Shown here: positions 9,827 to 18,423 of the stretch, in pieces
Position numbering within the stretch: position 1 is the first letter of the stretch
Layout: the number at the start of each line of letters is the position of its first letter
Source: Candidatus Latescibacterota bacterium
GTDB lineage: Bacteria > Latescibacterota > UBA2968
NCBI GenBank assembly: GCA_965222605.1
Contig: OZ244960.1
Coordinates: 5,088,001-5,152,000, forward strand
Length of the DNA: 64,000 bases
Direction: 5' to 3'
Notes under the pieces: generated by a model
What the model was told of the DNA's origin: nothing
Databases searched by the model: none
Seen by the model: the letters and a program-made list of their open reading frames with translations, nothing else
Position numbers and translations under genes: made by a program

Positions 9827-9838
9827 CTTATCATATTG

Positions 9839-10156
9839 TTATTGCAAATAGTGGCTCATCGGTATGCCCAACCAGCCGCGACTGACGTAATCTGCCATTG
9901 CAAAGGCAAAGAGGATCAACAAGAACAAAATACCCACGCCTGCGAGCAACCAGGTCAATTGGCTGGCGTATTTGACGTGCATAAAAAATAAAATCACAAT
10001 CGTGGCTTTTGTGCATGCTATACCAAGTGCTACCACATCATTCAACATGCCCAAATTCTGATAAGCCACCCAAACCGTTAGGCCGGTCAAAAACATCAAG
10101 GAGGCAAATACCGCCAGATAAATGCGTACAGTTGGGCCGTGGTGATGTTCAGCCAT
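9839..10156 (-). CDS. ctaF: Cytochrome c oxidase subunit IV
   Basis: 'YLAVFASLMFLTGLTV', 'KATIVILFFMHVKY'. ATG 10156 overlaps the subunit III stop. Confidence 0.85.
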   Translation of the reverse strand: MAEHHHGPTVRIYLAVFASLMFLTGLTVWVAYQNLGMLNDVVALGIACTKATIVILFFMHVKYASQLTWLLAGVGILFLLILFAFAMADYVSRGWLGIPMSHYLQ

Positions 10157-10827
10157 CAGTGTCCCCCCTGTGTGCCAAGAAGGTAGAGCAATGGAAATAG
10201 GAAAATCCAGACAATATCGACAAAGTGCCAATACAGGCCAAAAATTTCAACAGGGGTGTTGTATTCAGCCGTGTAAGTCCCCTGCGCGGTCTTAATAAAT
10301 AGCCAGGTCAACAGGCCAATGCCAATGATCATATGCAGGGCATGCATTCCGGTCATTCCGAAATACAGAGAAAAGAAGAGAGCCAGTTGGGGCGAATGTT
10401 CACCGTGCGGATGCCATACCAGACCGGGAACCAAACCGTGCTCGATCTTCTCGGAGTATTCAAAATATTTGACCACTAAAAAGGTAAATCCTAAAATTCC
10501 GGTCAAAATCAGATAGACCAATATTCCCTTTTTATTGCCCTCATGCGACTTGTGAACAGCCATCGCCATCGTCAGGCTGCTGATAATCAACACCGCAGTA
10601 TTAAATGCGCCCAGAGGAATATCCAGGTAGCTACTGCCTTCAAAAAAAGCATCGGGATAATGAGATCGATAGATCAAATACGTCGCAAAAAAGCCCCCAA
10701 AAAACAGTATTTCCGTAATCAGAAAGCTCCACATGCCAATGACGACGGATTCCTTCTGCTGCGGCATATCCTCGAACTGGTGGGCCAGTCCGTGCGGGTG
10801 ATCGTGATGTACTGCGTGATCGGCCAT
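10156..10827 (-). CDS. ctaE: Cytochrome c oxidase subunit III
   Basis: 'GMWSFLITEILFFGG', 'NTAVLIISS', 'TGMHALHM', 'GLYWHFVDIVWIFLFPLLYL'. Confidence 0.95.
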   Translation of the reverse strand: MADHAVHHDHPHGLAHQFEDMPQQKESVVIGMWSFLITEILFFGGFFATYLIYRSHYPDAFFEGSSYLDIPLGAFNTAVLIISSLTMAMAVHKSHEGNKKGILVYLILTGILGFTFLVVKYFEYSEKIEHGLVPGLVWHPHGEHSPQLALFFSLYFGMTGMHALHMIIGIGLLTWLFIKTAQGTYTAEYNTPVEIFGLYWHFVDIVWIFLFPLLYLLGTQGGH

Positions 10828-12458
10828 TAGTGCTCCTCAATTGGTCCGTACTGATAGGCTTCTTCTGTCACGACAGGCGTTTCTTCAAAATTAAATGTGG
10901 GCGGTGGGGAGGTCGTTTCCCACTCCAGTCCTTTGGCTCCCCAGGGGTTATCAGGTGCTTTTGGCCCCTTAAAGATCGACCATGTCAAATACGCGCCGGG
11001 AATCACATACCCCAGGGCCAGAATTGACGCACCCAGAGACGATGCCACATTCAAAACCTGAAATTCGTCGGGATAGACGTGATAACGCCTCGGCATGCCC
11101 ATATATCCCAGAATAAACTGCGGAAAAAACGTCAGATTAAAACCGAGAAATACCAGCAAGGCCGAAACGCGCCCCCAAATATCGGGATACATCTTGCCCG
11201 TAATTTTGGGCCACCAGAAGTGCATGCCCCCCATATATCCCATCACCTGACCACCGACCATAATATAATGGAAGTGCGCCACCACGAAATACGTGTCGTG
11301 CAGGTGAATATCCAGGCCCATACTCGACAAAAATAGTCCGGTTAAACCCCCAACCAAAAATAAGCCCAGGTACCCATACACATAAAACATCTGGGTGTCA
11401 TATATAATAGACCCCTTGTATAAGGTCGCTGTCCAGTTGAAAACTTTGATCGCAGAAGGCACTGCCACCAGGAATGTGATGATAGAGAACACCATGCCGG
11501 CATAAGTCGATTGGCTGCTCACAAACATGTGGTGTCCCCACACCAGGAAGCCCAAAATTGCAATGGCCACACTTGAGAACGCGACAAATTCATATCCAAA
11601 GACGCGCTTGCGCGCAACAGCGGCCACCATTTCGCTCATCACGCCCATTGAAGGCAAAATCATGATATAAACTGCTGGATGCGAATAGAACCAGAACAGA
11701 TGCTGGAACAGAACGGGATCGCCGCCGAGGTTTGGATCGAAAAACCCAAACCCAAACCCGCGCTCGAGCATTAGCAGCACCAGCGTAATTGCGATAACGG
11801 GTGTGCCCAACAGCATAATCAAACTGGTGGCATAATGCGACCAGACAAACAGCGGCAGGCGGAACCAGGTCATTCCCGGCGCGCGCATGGTGTGGATTGT
11901 CACCACAAAGTTGAGTCCCGTCAGAATGGACGAGAAACCCGCCATAAAAGCGGCCATAGCGGCCAGAATCACATTTGAGTTTGAATAGGTGCTGCTATAC
12001 GGCGTATAAAAAGTCCAACCCGTATCAACACCGCCTCCAACCACGGCAATTGTTCCCAAAATACCCGCAACAACATAAACATACCAGCTCAGAAGATTGA
12101 TGCGCGGAAAAGCCAGGTCTTTCGCGCCAACCATAATGGGGACTAAAAAGTTGCCAATGGTTGCGGGAATGGAAGGCACCAAAAAGAAAAAGACCATGAT
12201 GATGCCGTGCATTGAGAAAACTTTGTTATAAGTATCCGAAGACATCAAATCGCCTTCGGGAGTCATCAGTTCAAAGCGAACCAAACCGGCAAATAACCCA
12301 CCCAGGGCAAAAAAGATGGAAATTGAAATAATATACAAAACGGCAATGCGCTTGTGGTCCCTGGTTAACAACCAAGACTTCAGTCCGTAACCGTTATTCA
12401 GATAATTGACGTTCGGCGCATCTTCAGACGCTTGAACATCTTGCTCGATGATTGCCAT
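10827..12458 (-). CDS. ctaD: Heme-copper oxidase subunit I, type A2
   Basis: 'DHKRI', 'GWTFYTP', '[11 protein letters not shown]' (YS motif of A2 enzymes), 'WGHHM', 'VVAHFHY', 'GMPRRY'. Confidence 0.97.
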   Translation of the reverse strand: MAIIEQDVQASEDAPNVNYLNNGYGLKSWLLTRDHKRIAVLYIISISIFFALGGLFAGLVRFELMTPEGDLMSSDTYNKVFSMHGIIMVFFFLVPSIPATIGNFLVPIMVGAKDLAFPRINLLSWYVYVVAGILGTIAVVGGGVDTGWTFYTPYSSTYSNSNVILAAMAAFMAGFSSILTGLNFVVTIHTMRAPGMTWFRLPLFVWSHYATSLIMLLGTPVIAITLVLLMLERGFGFGFFDPNLGGDPVLFQHLFWFYSHPAVYIMILPSMGVMSEMVAAVARKRVFGYEFVAFSSVAIAILGFLVWGHHMFVSSQSTYAGMVFSIITFLVAVPSAIKVFNWTATLYKGSIIYDTQMFYVYGYLGLFLVGGLTGLFLSSMGLDIHLHDTYFVVAHFHYIMVGGQVMGYMGGMHFWWPKITGKMYPDIWGRVSALLVFLGFNLTFFPQFILGYMGMPRRYHVYPDEFQVLNVASSLGASILALGYVIPGAYLTWSIFKGPKAPDNPWGAKGLEWETTSPPPTFNFEETPVVTEEAYQYGPIEEH

Positions 12459-12464
12459 GACGCA

Positions 12465-13415
12465 TCACTCCATACTCGTGAGTTCGGGGGCTTTCAGCGA
12501 TTTGATATAGGCGATTAACTGAATGATCCCTTCTTCGCTGATCTGACCTTTGAAAGTTGGCATAATGGGTTTGTATCCGGCCATGACTTTGGCGGAAGGG
12601 TTCAGAATTGATTCTCGAATATAGGCTTCGTCAACCACCGCAGTACCGCCGCCTTCCAAAGCCACTGTTTTGCCAAAAAGACCCGCCAGAGATGGCCCGC
12701 GTCCTGTCCCGTCCATTTTGTGGCAGGTATGACAGGCGTATTGTTCAAACAATCTTTCTCCAGCCACTTCCATTGGCTCATTCGCAGTCCCGCCAGTCAA
12801 CCAGGCTTCGTAATCTTGAGGTTCCAGGACATGTACTGTACCAATCATACGCGAATGCTCGGTGCCGCAATATTCGGCGCAAAACAGATGATACGAACCG
12901 ACCTGCGTCGCTTTAAACCACAAATTGGTATATCGCCCGGGCACCACATCCTTTTTTACGCGAAAAGCGGGAATATAAAAACTGTGCAACACATCTTCCG
13001 ATGTCATGGTCAGGCGCACCGATTCACCCAGAGGCACGTGTAATTCGTTAATCTCCTTTTTGCCTTCTGGATGTTGCAATTTCCACATCCACTGTTTGCC
13101 CACCACATACATTTCCATGGCGTTTGGCGGGGGTGTAATTAGATGGAAATACAATACGGTTGCCCACGCAAATACACCCAGTGCGAGCACCGCAGGAATG
13201 GCGGTCCAAAATATCTCGAGGCCGAGATGCCCCGCAATTTGTCGCGGCACTTCGTCGTCCGATTTGCGCTGATACTTAATCGCAAAAATAACCACCAAGA
13301 TGACAACTAAGAGCGCGAAAAACACGCACAGTGCCAAAATGCCAAAATAAAGCGCGTCAACGTGAAAGGCAAAACTCGAAGCTTGATCTGGAAAAAGAGG
13401 AAAATCAGTCTGCAT
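12465..13415 (-). CDS. ctaC: Cytochrome c oxidase subunit II with fused cytochrome c (caa3 type)
   Basis: CuA site 'DVLHSF...CAEYCGTEHSRM'; C-terminal CHTCH with downstream Met. Start placed at MQTDF; 13427 is an alternative. Confidence 0.95.
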   Translation of the reverse strand: MQTDFPLFPDQASSFAFHVDALYFGILALCVFFALLVVILVVIFAIKYQRKSDDEVPRQIAGHLGLEIFWTAIPAVLALGVFAWATVLYFHLITPPPNAMEMYVVGKQWMWKLQHPEGKKEINELHVPLGESVRLTMTSEDVLHSFYIPAFRVKKDVVPGRYTNLWFKATQVGSYHLFCAEYCGTEHSRMIGTVHVLEPQDYEAWLTGGTANEPMEVAGERLFEQYACHTCHKMDGTGRGPSLAGLFGKTVALEGGGTAVVDEAYIRESILNPSAKVMAGYKPIMPTFKGQISEEGIIQLIAYIKSLKAPELTSME

Positions 13416-13461
13416 GTGCCAACTCAAAAGTTAGAGGTCCGATGGACTTTTTTTTGAAGCG

Positions 13462-14265
13462 TTAATTTGCCTGGAATGGCGACCGCTCTCGGCGCACCAT
13501 AATAAAAATAAATGCTAAGATACAAATTACAGTAATCACACCGGCAATGCGAACCAAACGATAAATTGCCAGCGTATATTTGCCAGTCAATGGATTGTAC
13601 TGAAAACAATAGAGCAGAATCGCATCAATCGGAGAACTGATCTGAGCTTGCGCGGCTTCCAAAAGTCCCAGTTGCAAATCCCGCGGCGCAAATTCGACTC
13701 CAAATAGATACCGAGCGATTTTCCCATTGGGAGTCAAAATTGCAATCCCGCTGGCGTGAACGTATTCGTCTGTTTCGGGATCGTATATATAGCGATATCC
13801 AATAGCCTGGGTCAATGCGTTGATCGATGCCCGATCTCCAGTGAGAAAATGCCATCCATTTTCTCCGCCTTCTCGACCGTATCCATCGACGTAATTCACC
13901 TTTTTTGCCGCTGCCAATTCTGGATATTCGTCGGGATCAATGCTAAATATCACCACCACAAAATCTCGTCCGGCATTGAGAGAAACGGGACGCAACCCCG
14001 ACAACAAACCATTCAAAATCTGTGTACACAACATGGGGCATTCATAATATGCGGGCACTAAAATAATGGGGTGATCATCCATATATCGCGCCAGCATAAC
14101 ATCTGTGCCCGATTCATCGCGGAACTTCAAATTTACCGGCACAGATGCGCCCAATTTCTGGTTAATCCCAACAGAATCCAGCACTGTGGGATTCGGGGTG
14201 AGGTCTTGTGCCTGCACATTGCTGATCAGATACATCATCGCCATACAGGCGAATAAAATGCGCAT
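13462..14265 (-). CDS. SCO1/SenC copper chaperone
   Basis: 'YYECPMLC' CxxxC, 'WHFLTG', 'EYVHAS'; signal peptide and C-terminal TM anchor. Confidence 0.9.
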   Translation of the reverse strand: MRILFACMAMMYLISNVQAQDLTPNPTVLDSVGINQKLGASVPVNLKFRDESGTDVMLARYMDDHPIILVPAYYECPMLCTQILNGLLSGLRPVSLNAGRDFVVVIFSIDPDEYPELAAAKKVNYVDGYGREGGENGWHFLTGDRASINALTQAIGYRYIYDPETDEYVHASGIAILTPNGKIARYLFGVEFAPRDLQLGLLEAAQAQISSPIDAILLYCFQYNPLTGKYTLAIYRLVRIAGVITVICILAFIFIMVRRERSPFQAN

Positions 14266-14268
14266 ATT

Positions 14269-14646
14269 TTATTCTCGCACCGGGAACTCGCGTTCGAGCA
14301 CCAGGTCTATGGCTCGCTCAATTGGAAGATGAACAACTCCGGCGTCCCTATCTACCCAACCGTATTCGGTAAGCGTACGATTGGTTTCGGCACGCACTTG
14401 CGTTAGTTCAGCAGAAGGTACGGTCTGGATTAGCGGTCCCTGATAGGGCTTTTGATGTGCAGCCATGGGTGGCGGATCATCTGTCATATAAATCACGGCT
14501 TGTTCCAGACCGAGAAACATAGCCCACATAGCGATAAAAGACAGAATGGCTATGGCTATGATTCCCGCGGTGGCAGCGAGAATTGGGCCAATGTTGAGAT
14601 GATAGTCTTCGTAGCCCTTTTCGCGGGCATTGTGCTTTTCTGCCAT
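14269..14646 (-). CDS. actG: Alternative complex III subunit G-like
   Basis: Single TM followed by 'YGWVDRDAGVVHLPIERAI'; located after actF. Confidence 0.7.
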   Translation of the reverse strand: MAEKHNAREKGYEDYHLNIGPILAATAGIIAIAILSFIAMWAMFLGLEQAVIYMTDDPPPMAAHQKPYQGPLIQTVPSAELTQVRAETNRTLTEYGWVDRDAGVVHLPIERAIDLVLEREFPVRE

Positions 14647-14647
14647 A

Positions 14648-15841
14648 TCAGTGACCTTCTCCGGCAAAAGTTTCCGCCATGCGCGGATCGTGCAATGGCA
14701 TCAACGGCACACCTTTTAGCTGCATCGCAAAAAATCCCAACCACAAGCCGCCAATACTGACGAGGACCAGCACATCCAGCAAAAACCCAAACCACATACC
14801 GTCAGAACCGCCGTGCCCAAAAGCCGGTGTAATAAAATAATAAAGATCGACATAGCGCATAAACAACATAAAAAATGCGATAACCGTCATAAGTGCGGCG
14901 CGGCGTTTGATCGCCCGCTGCAATAGCAAAAAGAATGGCAGAAAAAAGTGAAAAAGAATCAACGCAGTCCCTACATATTGCCAACCGCCATGCGATCGAC
15001 GAATATACCAGGGCGCTTCTTCAGCCAGGTTGCCAGACCATGTAATCAAAAACTGGGAAAAACTCACATAAGCCCACAGACATGTAAATGCAAACATCAG
15101 AGTGCCCAGATCGCTCAAATACTTGAATGCATCAACTTCCCGATAGACCTCGACATCCTTTAATTTGATCACCCACAAGATGCACAGTGCCATGGCACCC
15201 AATGCGCCACCCACCACAAAAATTAAGCCGTAGATCGTCGAAAACCAGTGCGGTTCCAAAGACATGACCCAATCTGTTGCCGCAAATGTAACGGTCAAGA
15301 TCAACATGGGAATCCCGGGGCCGCTCAGGTTAATCATCCGCCTTTTCAGACCCGGTTCGCCAGTTTCATCTTGCTCTCGCGACCATTTCGTCAGCAAAAA
15401 CATCCAGAGCAACCACAAAGCAAAATAAACGACTGCGCGAATATAAAATCCAGTCTCATTCAAATAAGGCTTCTTAAAGGTCAAAATTGGATCTTTGGCT
15501 ACGACATCTGTATGCGTCCATTCGTACAAATGGTGCATACCCAGAAGCGCAATGGGAATAAACAGGACAGCCATGAGCCACAGTGTGCGCGCGCCCGACT
15601 CCAATAACCGCCGAATGACAAATCCCCACCGCCCGCTGACCAGATGGTGCAACATCAACACCCCCAGACAGCCCAGAGAAATGACCAACCAGTAGATATA
15701 TCCAACGAGATACGATTGGAAAAATTGTTGAGAATCGGCAAAGGCACCAATAAATAAAAGTACTAAGCCCGAGGCACCCACGAGAAGGCCTCGTTGTTGT
15801 ATTTTATCTACAAACGGATGGTTGAAGGATTTAGTAGCCAT
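14648..15841 (-). CDS. actF: Alternative complex III subunit F
   Basis: 'HLYEW', 'DWVMSLEPHWFSTIYG', 'WAYVSFSQFLITWSGNLAEE..WY..R'. Start placed at MATKSF. Confidence 0.9.
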   Translation of the reverse strand: MATKSFNHPFVDKIQQRGLLVGASGLVLLFIGAFADSQQFFQSYLVGYIYWLVISLGCLGVLMLHHLVSGRWGFVIRRLLESGARTLWLMAVLFIPIALLGMHHLYEWTHTDVVAKDPILTFKKPYLNETGFYIRAVVYFALWLLWMFLLTKWSREQDETGEPGLKRRMINLSGPGIPMLILTVTFAATDWVMSLEPHWFSTIYGLIFVVGGALGAMALCILWVIKLKDVEVYREVDAFKYLSDLGTLMFAFTCLWAYVSFSQFLITWSGNLAEEAPWYIRRSHGGWQYVGTALILFHFFLPFFLLLQRAIKRRAALMTVIAFFMLFMRYVDLYYFITPAFGHGGSDGMWFGFLLDVLVLVSIGGLWLGFFAMQLKGVPLMPLHDPRMAETFAGEGH

Positions 15842-15854
15842 AATACATAATATC

Positions 15855-16493
15855 CTACTCGTTTTCAAGCCGCTGACGCACATCTGCAGGAACATCGTCC
15901 AGCGTGGCGTTTTGGCTCAGTTGTAACGCCCGAACATAGGCTATAATAGCCCATCGATCTCGCGGTTTGATACGCGATGCATAGCTATACATTGCGCCAA
16001 AACCATTGGTCATTACATCAAAAAAGTAACCCGGTGTCTCATTTTGCAATCGCTCAACATGGTATGATGGGGGTTGCTTCATGCCGCGGCGCACCACCAT
16101 CCCGCGCCCATCACCTTCATATCCATGGCATGGGGAGCAGTAAATATTGTAGCGGTCTCTGCCGCGGAGAATCACATCGCGCGTAATGGGAAAGGGAAAT
16201 GTCTCCGCAGGTTTACCATCTACTATCCCGGTATATAAATGCGCGTCTGTACGCAAATGACCGCGTGCAACCGTACCTTTTATCCATGGCCGAGAGGACC
16301 GGTTATCCGCAAAAAAAGAATTTTTTTCCAGCGGTTCAAATCTCGACTGGTTGTACATTTCTTGCCGCAAACGCTCGATAGCTGTCGTGCCCTCACACCC
16401 TATTATCATAAAGAGTGCGAGCACCAGTCTCACGGGATGGGCAACGCCGATGAGCAGTTTTATCCCACTCGCTAATCTACGGTTCGACATCAT
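15855..16493 (-). CDS. actE: Alternative complex III subunit E, monoheme cytochrome c lipoprotein
   Basis: Lipobox-like IIGC, 'FFADNRSSRP..GTVARG', CSPCH, 'DRWAIIAYVRALQ'. Confidence 0.9.
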   Translation of the reverse strand: MMSNRRLASGIKLLIGVAHPVRLVLALFMIIGCEGTTAIERLRQEMYNQSRFEPLEKNSFFADNRSSRPWIKGTVARGHLRTDAHLYTGIVDGKPAETFPFPITRDVILRGRDRYNIYCSPCHGYEGDGRGMVVRRGMKQPPSYHVERLQNETPGYFFDVMTNGFGAMYSYASRIKPRDRWAIIAYVRALQLSQNATLDDVPADVRQRLENE

Positions 16494-17016
16494 CTACCTT
16501 TTTTGCTTTCAGGCTTTCGAGAAATGCACGGGTTTCGGAAATATCAAATTTGGGATCTTCGGTTTCGATACACAAAAAGAACCCATCACCAGAAGCGCGT
16601 TCAAAATTGGGAACATTGAAAACCGGGTGATAGAAACGTGGCAAACCATTGAGGATGAGCATGCCAATCAATGCACCGAAAGCGGAAAATAGCACGCCGA
16701 GTTCAAATGTCACGGGAATAAAAGAGGGCCAGCTCAAGAGGGGCCGACCACCCACGTTGAGCGGGAAGTCTATCACAGATACCCAGTACTGAAGCCCAAA
16801 GCCGAAACAGGCACCGAGCATCGCGCAAATCAACACAATGGTGGGCACGCGGTGCTTGTCATAACCCATTGATTCCGACAGATCGTGTATCGGCATTGGA
16901 GAATAAGCATCCATCTTGCGATACCCCGCTGCATGTGCATCTCTCGCAGCTTTGAGCAATTCGTCGGGACCATCAAATTCGGCCAAAAGACCGTATAATT
17001 TTTCAGCCATAATCAC
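16477..17016 (-). CDS. actD: Alternative complex III subunit D (DUF3341)
   Basis: 'YGLLAEF', 'DAYSPMPIH', 'NVGGRP..SWPSFIPVTFELGVLF'. Confidence 0.92.
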   Translation of the reverse strand: MIMAEKLYGLLAEFDGPDELLKAARDAHAAGYRKMDAYSPMPIHDLSESMGYDKHRVPTIVLICAMLGACFGFGLQYWVSVIDFPLNVGGRPLLSWPSFIPVTFELGVLFSAFGALIGMLILNGLPRFYHPVFNVPNFERASGDGFFLCIETEDPKFDISETRAFLESLKAKKVDDVEP

Positions 17017-17022
17017 ACCCGT

Positions 17023-18423
17023 TTAATCATCGGCAGAAGCTGTTTCCGCAGGTTCTCTGTGGCTTTTATTCGCCACTAACTGGCGGATTTCAAAAATATT
17101 AATGACGGGCATCACCCGAATAAACAGGATCATCATAAAGAGGAAAAATCCAATTGTGCCTGCGTACAATCCCCAGTCCCACGGCGTTGAGTGATACATA
17201 TCCCAGGACGAAGGCATAAAGTCGCGGTGCAGACTTGTCACCACGATGATAAATCGCTCGAGCCACATCCCCACATTGATAAACATGGAAATAATGAACA
17301 GCCCTATTGGACTCAGGCGCACCTGTTTAATCCATAATAATTGGGGAATGGCCACATTGCACAAGATCAATGACCAGTAGGTAGAAGAATAAGGGCCAGA
17401 AGTGCGATTTTGCATCATATAGCCTTCGTAGGGGCTGGCACTATACCATGCAAAAAACTGCTCCATCGCATAGCCATAAGCCACAAAGAGTCCGGTGGCG
17501 AGCATCACCTTGCCCATATTGTTCAGGTGGCGATCGGTGATATAATCGTGCAATCCGTAAAAGTAGCGAACGGGCAGCCCCAGCGTCAGCACCATTGCAA
17601 AACCAGCATATACGGCACCCGCCACAAAATAGGGAGGGAAGATGGTTGCATGCCAGCCGGGAATTAGCCCTACGGAAAAGTCCAAACTCACGATGGAGTG
17701 TACGGACAGCACCAGTGGCGTCGATACACCCGCCAAAAGAAGCGAGGCCATTTCATAGTTAAACCAGTGCTTGGCCGATCCGCGCCATCCCATTGACAAC
17801 ACGCCGTAGATGATCTGCGAAATTTTGTGTTTGGCCTTGTCGCGCAGGGTGGCAAAATCGGGAATCAGGCCCAGATACCAGAAGATCAGGGATACTGTAA
17901 AGTAGGTGCCAACGGCAAATACGTCCCATATCAGTGGACTGCGGAACTGCGGCCATACAGACATCGTATTGGGATAGGGCAACAGCCAGTAAGCCGCCAC
18001 CCAGGGACGCCCTGTGTGCAACAGCGGAAACATACCTGCGCACATGACGGCAAAGATGGTCATGGCTTCGGCAAATCGGTTGATCGAATTGCGCCATTGC
18101 TGACGCATGAGCAATAAAATAGCCGAAATCAATGTGCCGGCATGTCCAATACCGATCCACCAGACAAAGTTGATAATTGCCCAGCCCCAGCCAACGGGAA
18201 TGTTTAAGCCCCAGATACCGGTTCCTTTGATCAGCAGCCAGGTCGCAGACAACATCAACAACTGCAGGATAGCACCCGCAATTAACATCGCTGCAATCCA
18301 CCCCAAAGGCGTGCGACTGGTGATAATTGCACTGAGTTTCTGCGTCACCGTTGTATAGGTCTGCCCCGGACCGAGCACCGGCGCCGGCATCGTCGGATCT
18401 TTTATAGGTGCAGGACTACCCAT
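17023..18423 (-). CDS. actC: Alternative complex III subunit C (NrfD/PsrC family quinol-binding)
   Basis: 'NFVWWIGIGHAGTLISA', 'INRFAEAMT', 'HTGRPW', 'FRSPLIWDVFAV', 'GMWLERF'. Confidence 0.95.
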   Translation of the reverse strand: MGSPAPIKDPTMPAPVLGPGQTYTTVTQKLSAIITSRTPLGWIAAMLIAGAILQLLMLSATWLLIKGTGIWGLNIPVGWGWAIINFVWWIGIGHAGTLISAILLLMRQQWRNSINRFAEAMTIFAVMCAGMFPLLHTGRPWVAAYWLLPYPNTMSVWPQFRSPLIWDVFAVGTYFTVSLIFWYLGLIPDFATLRDKAKHKISQIIYGVLSMGWRGSAKHWFNYEMASLLLAGVSTPLVLSVHSIVSLDFSVGLIPGWHATIFPPYFVAGAVYAGFAMVLTLGLPVRYFYGLHDYITDRHLNNMGKVMLATGLFVAYGYAMEQFFAWYSASPYEGYMMQNRTSGPYSSTYWSLILCNVAIPQLLWIKQVRLSPIGLFIISMFINVGMWLERFIIVVTSLHRDFMPSSWDMYHSTPWDWGLYAGTIGFFLFMMILFIRVMPVINIFEIRQLVANKSHREPAETASADD